NCBI GenBank assembly: GCA_035292585.1
Contig: DATDPU010000033.1
Coordinates: 9,691 to 73,690, forward strand
Length of the DNA: 64,000 nt
Source: Anaerolineae bacterium
GTDB taxonomy: Bacteria > Chloroflexota > Anaerolineae > Fen-1058
Direction: 5' to 3'
This document shows, in pieces, positions 56,441 through 64,000 of this stretch; the first letter of the stretch is position 1, and every line of letters starts with the position of its first letter. The notes beneath the pieces are model-generated. The model had not been told where the DNA came from and searched no databases. It saw nothing but the letters and a program-made list of their open reading frames with translations. The position numbers and the translations under genes were made by a program.

Positions 56441-57493
56441 ATGTCGCCGCGACCCCTGGAATTGATCGAGGTGCTGTCTGACTTTCAAGCGACCCTGCCC
56501 GAGCTGGAGCGGTTGTATCGGGAGGCGCTCGACTTGATGCAGGCGGGAAAGCTATGGGACGCGCACAACCGCGCGCAAGCGATGCTGCGCGATGGAACTA
56601 CGCGCAACGACCGCCAGGCGCAAGCGTTGGCCTGTGCGCTGCTGGCCGGTGTTCACGCCCTACACGGCCGATTCAGCGAAGCAGTCGATCAAGCCGAAAA
56701 TTGCCATCGCTTCTTCCAGAACATGGGCTATCCGGCCCAGGCGGCCATCGGCCACGCGCTGCTGGCCGTGATTTATCAAATGCACATCGAAGCCATCAAC
56801 CGGGAGCTGATCGAGTCGCTGCACGCGAGTCGGGAGGAAACCCAGGACCTGGAAAGCAAGGCTTTGAGCAAGGGCAATGCTCACCTCCAGATTGCCGAGC
56901 AGTATCGTCAGCAGTTCGTGGAGTTCGGCGAGGTGATCCGCCGCGCCCGCTGGGTTCCGGCCATTCCCTACACGCTCCCGCTGGTCTGGTTGCCGGTCAT
57001 CAATTCCATTCCCCACGAGTTGGACACGCAGAAACTCGAGCCGCTGGGCTATCTGGAACCGGTGCTGTTCGTGTTGAAGGGCAAGCGCGAGATCGAGCGC
57101 GAAGAGTCCGGGCAGGCCGATCCCGCTCAGATGGCGGATGTGTTGTACACCGCGCGACCGCTGCCCCCCTTTGAAGGTGAAGAGCCAACGCCGCTCCGCC
57201 CGCCTCAGTTGAAACGGGGCGCGATCTACGCCGCGATCAAAGTCGATCCGGAGAGCGCGCACCTGGCGCGCTTGCAACCGGACGACTACTTGCTCGTGCG
57301 CAGCCTCACGCCTGAGGAGCGCGAGCAGCTCCTCAAACAGCCCGACGACAGCAGCGCCAGTTTTATCTTCCGCATGAACGACCACGGCCAGATCGAAGTC
57401 GTTCGGCCGATCCCGCCGAAGTTCGTCGGCGAACGACATATCATCGAGATGCTGGAAGCGAAGGTGGATGCGGTGCTGAGAAAGGTGCCGTAG
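56441..57493 (+). CDS. hypothetical protein with TPR-like N-terminal helical repeats, module copy 1
   Basis: Helical repeat N-terminus with no catalytic motif. The start is 7 nt after the upstream stop. Confidence 0.45.
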   Translation: MSPRPLELIEVLSDFQATLPELERLYREALDLMQAGKLWDAHNRAQAMLRDGTTRNDRQAQALACALLAGVHALHGRFSEAVDQAENCHRFFQNMGYPAQAAIGHALLAVIYQMHIEAINRELIESLHASREETQDLESKALSKGNAHLQIAEQYRQQFVEFGEVIRRARWVPAIPYTLPLVWLPVINSIPHELDTQKLEPLGYLEPVLFVLKGKREIEREESGQADPAQMADVLYTARPLPPFEGEEPTPLRPPQLKRGAIYAAIKVDPESAHLARLQPDDYLLVRSLTPEEREQLLKQPDDSSASFIFRMNDHGQIEVVRPIPPKFVGERHIIEMLEAKVDAVLRKVP

Positions 57494-57712
57494 ACGGCAA
57501 GTTTTTCAATAGATCCTTCCCGCCTGTTGCCCAGTAAAATAGCGTGCTACCCCGGTCACTCAAGCCGAACACTTATACCTGTTCACTATGTAAACTGGTT
57601 TTTCGGCGGGTCTAAGCCAAATCGCGGCAAAGAGTTGGCTTGCCTGAATCAAAAGAGAATAAGTACATTCTGCATTTGATTTTGTTACCTGTCTGCGATA
57701 AAGTGGACTGAG

Positions 57713-57718
57713 TATAAT
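57713..57718 (+). promoter_or_regulatory. candidate -10 element TATAAT in the AT-rich region upstream of the second SPFH module
   Basis: TATAAT about 50 nt upstream of the ATG at 57770, in a segment of about 45% GC. No convincing -35 is seen at canonical spacing. Confidence 0.25.
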
Positions 57719-57769
57719 AGTTCATTATGTTGCAGTAGCTCGGGAAGTGCCCTCGCCCTCGGAGAAACT

Positions 57770-59026
57770 ATGAAGCTCCAGCAGCGCGTGGTAACCGTCC
57801 CTGCCAAGTGGCTCCTCCTTCTCACGCTGTTCCTGATTGTGCTCGGTTTGCTCATCGATCGCGAACGATCATTGGGCGGCATTGCCTGGTCCTTCGTCAC
57901 CGCTTACGGCATGTATTTGTTCGGCACCTGGTTTATCGCGCCATATTTGTTGCCGCTACGTAATGATCCTGGAGCGTCGGCTCGAGCCCGCGACCTGTTC
58001 AATCAATTTGCCAACGGGCAGAAGATCGGCCTGGCTATAGTGCGCGACGGAAAAGTCGAGCCGAAATCCGATGGCAAGCCACGTGAGAACGTGCGGGGTG
58101 AAGGCATCCTCATTGTTGATAGCACAAGTGTTGTCCCTTTGTTCAAAGACACGGGTTCTAGTCGTCTGGTGGGGCCGGGCGTGCACTTCCTGCGCAAGGG
58201 TGAAAAATTTACAAGAGTAATAGACTTACGACCACAGGCACGTTCGCTTGAAGACAAAGAAAAGGATAAAGGGGCGCAGTTTGTCAAGGTGCAAACACGT
58301 GACGGCATCTGCGTGAAATTCAAGATCGCTACACGTTTTCAAATCGACGGCGTCATTCCGCGAAACGTGTTGGAGATCGATCAAGGCAAGATGCCTTTGC
58401 CCGAGCCCTATGTCTGGTCGCAACATATTGTACGGCGTGCTATTGGGCACACGCGGTTTGGTGCAGACAACAAACCTGCGATGCCCTGGGATTTGCTCGT
58501 CCTCACCGAGGCTGTCAAGCGCGTCCACACCTACATTGCTGACTACAGGTTCGACGAGTTGGCCGAACCGCGCAACCCTCTCCTCAATCCGCGCGAAGAC
58601 ATTCGGAAGAAACTCGAAGAGGAGTTAAAAGCGGAGATGGCGCGCGAAGGAATCAAAGTGCTCAGCCTGAAGATCGGCCCATTCGAGCCGTGTGATGAAG
58701 AGGTTGGCAAACAGCGGTTGAGATCATGGGAAGCAGAATGGGTCCGCCGCACTAAAGTCATTGAGGCTGAAGCCGAAGCGGAATCTCGGAAGCGGTTGGA
58801 ACTGGCCCGTGCACAGGCGCAGATGGATACGATGACCCGCATGATCGAGGCGCTCGACGCTAGCCGGCGGGCCGGGGCGAACAACGCCGATCTGATCGCC
58901 CTGCGTTTCTTGGAAGTGGTGGAAGGCCTGGCGAAAGACCCTGAGACGCAGAAGACTCTTCGTCACGTCCGCGGCCAACTGCTGGGAGAGAAAACTGATG
59001 GCGCTGCTGCCTCAGCCAAGTCTTAA
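57770..59026 (+). CDS. SPFH/band-7 (flotillin-like) membrane protein, module copy 2 (paralogue of 53452-54696)
   Basis: Collinear with copy 1 (GPGVHFLRKGEKF..IDLRPQ...QTRDGICVKFKIATRFQI). Lower GC. Confidence 0.6.
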   Translation: MKLQQRVVTVPAKWLLLLTLFLIVLGLLIDRERSLGGIAWSFVTAYGMYLFGTWFIAPYLLPLRNDPGASARARDLFNQFANGQKIGLAIVRDGKVEPKSDGKPRENVRGEGILIVDSTSVVPLFKDTGSSRLVGPGVHFLRKGEKFTRVIDLRPQARSLEDKEKDKGAQFVKVQTRDGICVKFKIATRFQIDGVIPRNVLEIDQGKMPLPEPYVWSQHIVRRAIGHTRFGADNKPAMPWDLLVLTEAVKRVHTYIADYRFDELAEPRNPLLNPREDIRKKLEEELKAEMAREGIKVLSLKIGPFEPCDEEVGKQRLRSWEAEWVRRTKVIEAEAEAESRKRLELARAQAQMDTMTRMIEALDASRRAGANNADLIALRFLEVVEGLAKDPETQKTLRHVRGQLLGEKTDGAAASAKS

Positions 59027-60758
59027 TGAGGTCGGGCAGGCGATCAGCGCGACGTTACATGGCTGGTGGACGCGCGAATCAATACGGGCACGGCGGCGTC
59101 TGGTGTTCGTCGTTGGCCTTCTATTGCTGCTGGGGAGTCTGGGGGCAGCTTTCATTACGCTGCCGATTTTTCCCGATCCTCCCACGCTGATTACCAGTGG
59201 CGAGGAGGCATGCGTGTACGATTCTGCTCCCGAGCATTTACCCAGCCGTCTCGGCCCTGCACCAACGCCACAGCCGGTGGTTGCAGGCAGGCCGGGGATG
59301 CTCAACTTCTATGTTCGTAACGTTGGCACGTGCGCCTGGGACAACCGTGTGACGGTATACCGTGAGGGCGGCAATTATACAAGCGCCGCGCAAGTTTTCG
59401 GCTCGATTCAAACAACTTCCCAGGGCGCTTTTCTGCCAGTGTCAATCCCGTACACGGCGCCATTAAGCAGTGGTGTTTATCAAGCGGTTTATCGTATGCG
59501 TTCGCCTGACAGCCGCAGCTTCGGCAAGCCGATCGTCATTTCAATTATCACGCACTTGGAAGGCAGCCCAGTGACGTATCCGTCGGAGCCGCCCATCAAT
59601 GCCGTGACCCTGCTCCTCTTACTGTTGCCAGGCGCCATTGGTTTCGGTATCGCGGTGTATCACGCCGGGCAGTTCGTTAAGGAACTCTACAGCTTGATGA
59701 ACAATCGCTTTGGGTATGGCTACGTCCTGCGGCGCTTGTTTGCGTTGGGTCCGCCTCGCTCAGCGACAGTCTCTAACGGAGAGGTAGAGGTGGATGGAGC
59801 AAACGAGACGTTGACGAAGATCGGTGGGCCAGGTAAGTTAACGGTTCACGGCGGCATGGCGGCATTATTGGAACGCGGTGGCGGCTTCTCGCGCATCGTG
59901 TGGGCAGGTAAGCATACGTTAGCTCCGTTCGAGCGGGCGCGCAAGGCGTTCGACCTCCGCCAACTGAGCCGTACCAAGACTGAATCGACCTGGACAAAGG
60001 ATGGAATCAAGGTCGAGGCTGAGGTGACAGTCTCGTTCAAACTGATGAAACGAAAAGACGGCGAGGTGGTTTCAAAGCCGGCAGCGAAGCCGACTTGGTG
60101 GCCGCTGCTGCGAGCATGGCTGGGGTTCAAAGCGCGAAAGCCCAAAGACCCAGACAGCCCGGCGGCCTCACCCGAAGCAATTCGTGCGCTCGTGTACGAA
60201 TCGGTGGCCGGAAAAGAGTGGCATGAAACGGTATCGAGCGGGTTGGACGAGGAGATTCCCAAACGAATGCTGGACGAGTTATGGGCGCCAGACCCGGACG
60301 TGGGCCGCGTTAACCCCCGCCGCGAGATTGTGAAAGAGCTGTTCGACAATGCCCAAAAGAAGCAACGCGACCGGGGCATTGATCTGATCGACATCGAAAT
60401 AGGTCCGTTGGTCGTACCGCTGGAGGTGGCGGATCGGCGGCGCGAGTGGTGGCGCGCATTCTGGGAAAAAGATCGCCGTATTACCGAGGCCGAAGGCAAT
60501 GCCGAAGCGCTGCAGGTGCGTGAACTGGCACGCGCAGAAGCGCAAACGCGGATGATTAAGGCTATTACGCAGGGCTTACAAGGATTTCAGGCAGTCGGTA
60601 GGAAAAGACTCGGTGAGGTGTTAGCTCTGCGCTTCATAGATACAGTTGAGTCGATCGCTAGCGTATGGTTGACCGATGAGAGTCGGGCGAGTTATTTGAC
60701 CATGATCAATGAGTTGAGAAAATTATCAAGCAGGCCGGATGGCGCGGAAGGAGAGTAG
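58998..60758 (+). CDS. beta-sandwich + SPFH-like membrane protein, module copy 2 (paralogue of 54671-56434)
   Basis: GTCAWDNRVTVYREGG...YQAVYRMRSPDSRSFGKPIVISII, SPFH-like DLRQLSRTKTESTWTKDGIKVEAEVTVSFKL, and a conserved EEIPKRMLDELWAP block. Confidence 0.5.
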   Translation: MALLPQPSLNEVGQAISATLHGWWTRESIRARRRLVFVVGLLLLLGSLGAAFITLPIFPDPPTLITSGEEACVYDSAPEHLPSRLGPAPTPQPVVAGRPGMLNFYVRNVGTCAWDNRVTVYREGGNYTSAAQVFGSIQTTSQGAFLPVSIPYTAPLSSGVYQAVYRMRSPDSRSFGKPIVISIITHLEGSPVTYPSEPPINAVTLLLLLLPGAIGFGIAVYHAGQFVKELYSLMNNRFGYGYVLRRLFALGPPRSATVSNGEVEVDGANETLTKIGGPGKLTVHGGMAALLERGGGFSRIVWAGKHTLAPFERARKAFDLRQLSRTKTESTWTKDGIKVEAEVTVSFKLMKRKDGEVVSKPAAKPTWWPLLRAWLGFKARKPKDPDSPAASPEAIRALVYESVAGKEWHETVSSGLDEEIPKRMLDELWAPDPDVGRVNPRREIVKELFDNAQKKQRDRGIDLIDIEIGPLVVPLEVADRRREWWRAFWEKDRRITEAEGNAEALQVRELARAEAQTRMIKAITQGLQGFQAVGRKRLGEVLALRFIDTVESIASVWLTDESRASYLTMINELRKLSSRPDGAEGE

Positions 60759-60760
60759 TT

Positions 60761-62236
60761 GTGGCAGCCAGTCTAATCTTGTCCAACCTGCTCAGTTTGC
60801 TTGAAGTCCATGACCAAAATAGAGCTGCTGATGTGTTTAGGCTCTGTGAAGATGCAGAAGCTCTCCGCAGACGACAGCAGCCTTTTAAGGCTATTGAAGT
60901 TGCGAAGTACGCCGAGCGGCTCTCATACGATACTCATAGTCACAACCTTAATGGCATCGCTTTGCTGTATCTAAGTCTGGCACGCTTATCCTCGAACTTG
61001 CCGAGCGAAGCCGAACAAGCAGTCCGCGACTGTGAGCGAGCAATTACCGCTTTCCACTTAGAGCCGCACAACGATGCTATTGCTCGAATATTTCGAGCAA
61101 GGCTTGACCTCTGCTTAGAAGCTATTTCTGATCAAAACAAGGAAGAATGGCACCAAGCAGCGTTCGTCCATTTTCGTCAAGCGGCTGAGTGTCTACAGCA
61201 GCTGGTGCGTCACTGGACAGTACGGGGCAATCGTAAGAAGGTCGAAGTTTATCAAGATCTCTACAACACGATCCATACGACCACTGAAGAATTATCGAGC
61301 AACTTGGCACAAGTTACACCGCTCCGCGTTTCGCCCAAACGGCCTCGCCGACCGAAGGCTGTACCCAATAGCAACTCATCCGAGTCTACTTCTAATGAAC
61401 CCCCAGAGTCAACTCAACCTAGTCGTGTTTCGCCTCCGATCGATCTGGGTATTCCGACCCGGCTCTACTGGCCTGATGCAAGTAAACCGATAGCCCTGCC
61501 GCTTAACATTCCATTCGTCATCTTTAATTCTTCGGTCGCCACATCCGATGGGTCAATCGCGCCGACTGAGGAATTAGAGATCAATGAATTCGCCATCGCA
61601 GGCCGGTCGTACACGCTCCGCCCCTTGAGAAGAGACTCAGAGAATCGCCGATTGTCGCGCCTTCGTTGCCGCCAGTCATATATTGCCACTTGGGTTCCGG
61701 GGAATGAGGATAAAACTATCGACAGTGATGAGTACGTGTTGGTGCGACTACAGGATCAACTCGATAAACCCGATCAGGAAGTAGTGATCGATCAGACCCC
61801 GGACGGGGAGCCAGGTGCTCGTTACTGGATCATCCGAGATGGCTCGGAGTCGAGCCGGTACGACAAGCAAGACCTTCGGATCATTGGCATCATTGAAGCG
61901 GTGCTGACGCCATGCGAATCAATGGACAAGCAGATCAACGAATTGCTCACCTGCGTGGATGATCTCCACGCTGCCGAAGGTCTCGACCCCGCGTTCGAGC
62001 AAGGTTTAGCTGCTATTCGGGATAAGTTCTACAAGCACTTCGCCAAACATTACAATCTGCAGCCTATACCGATCGTACCGGGTACAACCGTGTTTGATCC
62101 CAACCAAGGTCACCATGCGATTGGCTTTGAGCATGTCGATACATTGGATGAGGGCGTGATCCTCAGCGTCTTCAGCGATGGCTACTACCGCGAGGGCAAA
62201 GTTTTTCGAGAAGCAAAGGTGATTGTCAATCAATGA
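60761..62236 (+). CDS. TPR-like protein with C-terminal GrpE-like domain, module copy 2 third gene
   Basis: The C-terminal 70 aa (VFDPNQGHHAIGFEHVDTLDEGVILSVFSDGYYREGKVFREAKVIVN) match the GrpE C-terminal beta-domain pattern (DPN.H.A......G.V......GY.L.G...R.A.V.V). Confidence 0.45.
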   Translation: MAASLILSNLLSLLEVHDQNRAADVFRLCEDAEALRRRQQPFKAIEVAKYAERLSYDTHSHNLNGIALLYLSLARLSSNLPSEAEQAVRDCERAITAFHLEPHNDAIARIFRARLDLCLEAISDQNKEEWHQAAFVHFRQAAECLQQLVRHWTVRGNRKKVEVYQDLYNTIHTTTEELSSNLAQVTPLRVSPKRPRRPKAVPNSNSSESTSNEPPESTQPSRVSPPIDLGIPTRLYWPDASKPIALPLNIPFVIFNSSVATSDGSIAPTEELEINEFAIAGRSYTLRPLRRDSENRRLSRLRCRQSYIATWVPGNEDKTIDSDEYVLVRLQDQLDKPDQEVVIDQTPDGEPGARYWIIRDGSESSRYDKQDLRIIGIIEAVLTPCESMDKQINELLTCVDDLHAAEGLDPAFEQGLAAIRDKFYKHFAKHYNLQPIPIVPGTTVFDPNQGHHAIGFEHVDTLDEGVILSVFSDGYYREGKVFREAKVIVNQ

Positions 62237-63807
62237 GCGACAAGTTGCCACCACCCGGCGAAATAGAATTACCCAGCGGCAAGAAACGCAGGTTCTACCG
62301 CAACTTCGAAGGACAGTTCATTTCTAGAGAGAAGTATGAGCAACTGAAAGCTGGACTGCCCACTGACCTGCCCGTGGTGAAACCGGGTGACAGCATCCCC
62401 GGCCAAAGCGCGGAGATGAATATCGAGGCGGAAAGAACACAAATTAGAGGTGATCTTGCAGATCGGGATAGGCTCACTATCGGAAGCGATGTTACTATAC
62501 AAGATAGCAAAGTTCAACAGACTCAGACTGGCTCAGGATCTATTGCGACTGATGGGGCAGTTGCCTCCGGCAAGGGTGGAGTCTCGATTGCTGGTGGTGT
62601 TGCCGGCAACGTCCAAAATGTTCACCAAGTAGTCCGCCAGCAGACAAAGGGTGCTAAAGAGAAGCTGCTGGCAAAGTTCATCAACTATGTTCAACGTAAA
62701 GGCGCTATTCGTAGCCCGATTCAACGATACATCGACAACGAACGCAAGGCTGGTCGGCAACCATCCTTTGCCGGAGCCGCGTTGGCCGGTCTTCCTCTGA
62801 ATAAAATGGATTTGCATAGCGCTGACTTCACCGCGGCTGTATTAGTTAACTGCGATTTATCAGAAACAAATCTGCAGCGCGCCGATTTTCGGAAAGCTAA
62901 TCTGGCCGGAGCTATTCTACAAAATGCTGATCTAACTGGCGCACGCTTGAATGGGGCCGATCTTAGTGACGCCGACTTGTCTAGTGCAGACTTGACAAGA
63001 GTTGATTTGACGGGTGATACCGTCCTCAACGGTGCTGTTCTCGCTGGAGCCAAATGCGAGTTTGCGCAGTTCAGTCATGCCGATTTGCGTACGGTGAAAA
63101 TGTCTAGCACCACCTCCTTGAAGTGGGGGGTTCTCATCGGGGCTAAATTCGAGGGCAATCAGACACTGCAGGGCGTCGATCTGCGTTGGGCGCAGCTGCA
63201 GAGAGCCAGCCTTTCTGGAGCGAATCTAAGCAAGGCTAAATTGAACGGAGCGAACCTGAGCGGAGCAGATTTAACAGGTGCCGAGTTGAGTGGTGCAGAG
63301 CTTCGTGAAGCGAACCTGGACGGCGTCATCTTTGATGATGAACTCAGCTGGCCCGATCCAGAAGTCGATCGAATTCTCAAGGTTGTCAACTTCGATGAGA
63401 TAGAGCCTTCTCTCATAAGTGGATCATTCAAGGGCGCCATTTTGCGTAGCGTCAATCTCTCGGGTAGAGATTTGATTGGTTTAGATTTCACTCGTGCAAA
63501 TCTCGACCACGCCAATCTGCATAGGGCCAACTTGCGAGGCGTTTGGCTTGAAGAGGCCAATCTAGAGCATGCCGATTTGAGCGGTGCGAATCTGCAAGGC
63601 GCGCGCTTGAACAGCGCTTATCTGGGCGATGCTAATTTGCAAGGCTGCAACCTGCAATCAGCAGACCTGATCAATGCTGATCTCCACTGTGCCAACCTAC
63701 AATCAGCAGACTTGACTGAGGCAAAACTTTCGCGCGCCAATCTGAAAGGGGCCAACCTGACGGGGGTACGCGTGAACAAAGAAGAACTAGCGAAGGCGCG
63801 GATGTAA
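62233..63807 (+). CDS. pentapeptide-repeat protein
   Basis: More than 40 A(D/N)LXX pentapeptide repeats in the C-terminal two thirds; N-terminal about 170 aa of unknown function. Overlaps the previous gene by 4 nt. Confidence 0.8.
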   Translation: MSDKLPPPGEIELPSGKKRRFYRNFEGQFISREKYEQLKAGLPTDLPVVKPGDSIPGQSAEMNIEAERTQIRGDLADRDRLTIGSDVTIQDSKVQQTQTGSGSIATDGAVASGKGGVSIAGGVAGNVQNVHQVVRQQTKGAKEKLLAKFINYVQRKGAIRSPIQRYIDNERKAGRQPSFAGAALAGLPLNKMDLHSADFTAAVLVNCDLSETNLQRADFRKANLAGAILQNADLTGARLNGADLSDADLSSADLTRVDLTGDTVLNGAVLAGAKCEFAQFSHADLRTVKMSSTTSLKWGVLIGAKFEGNQTLQGVDLRWAQLQRASLSGANLSKAKLNGANLSGADLTGAELSGAELREANLDGVIFDDELSWPDPEVDRILKVVNFDEIEPSLISGSFKGAILRSVNLSGRDLIGLDFTRANLDHANLHRANLRGVWLEEANLEHADLSGANLQGARLNSAYLGDANLQGCNLQSADLINADLHCANLQSADLTEAKLSRANLKGANLTGVRVNKEELAKARM

Positions 63808-63870
63808 AGATGCAGCGCGTCAGACGGTATAGGCGAGAAGTCGCCCCAAGGTGTAGTGTGTAGTTGTCAA

Positions 63871-63951
63871 CCGCCACGACATCGTGGGCGCTAGAACCGC
63901 CACGACATCGTGGGCGCGCTAGTGGTGATCTGCCGCCAGGACATCGTGTGC
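63871..63951. repeat. three direct copies of a 19-21-bp hairpin motif CCGCCACGACATCGTGGGCGC at the window edge
   Basis: Units at 63871, 63897 and 63933 (degenerate), each containing the CACGA-cat-TCGTG inverted repeat. They lie 3' of the pentapeptide gene. Confidence 0.6.
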
Positions 63952-64000
63952 AGTGGGTTCATACTTCTACCTCAAGGAGGTGGGTATGGACCCCTGCACC

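Overview
This is a 64-kb, gene-dense, high-GC (roughly two-thirds G+C) bacterial chromosomal segment with two visibly lower-GC islands at about 17.6-19.3 kb and 57.5-63.9 kb. Gene content is consistent with a Chloroflexota-like organism, but that placement is inference. I found no rRNA, tRNA, CRISPR array, transposase or integrase. The first 11 kb is a near-complete minus-strand System I cytochrome c maturation locus (glutaredoxin-like, TlpA/ResA, CcdA, CcmD-like, CcmC, CcmB, CcmA, CcmG, CcmH, CcmF, CcmE). A diheme c-type cytochrome gene and a small zinc-ribbon membrane protein sit inside it, and CcmE is the rare Cys (CxxxY) variant. The rest of the window encodes: an L,D-transpeptidase; a GNAT acetyltransferase; a PIG-L deacetylase; a low-GC GH99-like glycoside hydrolase flanked by inverted copies of a 91-bp element; a membrane protein with an N-terminal zinc ribbon and six tandem OB-fold repeats; a four-helix-bundle protein flanked by inverted heptamer arrays; tungsten-type aldehyde:ferredoxin oxidoreductase; an ABC-2 permease; GT4 and GT28 glycosyltransferases; GIY-YIG, HD and M50 proteins; multi-sensor and hybrid histidine kinases; a tandem universal stress protein (USP); a Na/Pi cotransporter; an APC permease; two TrkA proteins; a roadblock/LC7 protein; and HutU. 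It also contains a signalling cluster with two APH-like kinase-fold proteins (one fused to a receiver domain), and a duplicated module of SPFH/band-7 proteins plus a TPR-like partner, the second copy in lower-GC DNA and followed by a pentapeptide-repeat protein. The intergenic DNA is unusually rich in small structured repeat families: a 91-bp terminal-inverted-repeat element (3 copies), a GC-rich hairpin element family sharing a GCAGTTGCACTGC core, a 33-bp double palindrome (3 copies), hairpin-forming heptanucleotide arrays at about 8 loci, and a GGCATCTCCAGATGCC-type 15/18-bp tandem repeat at three loci, one inside a coding region. All functional calls are from reading the translated ORFs and are unverified by search.
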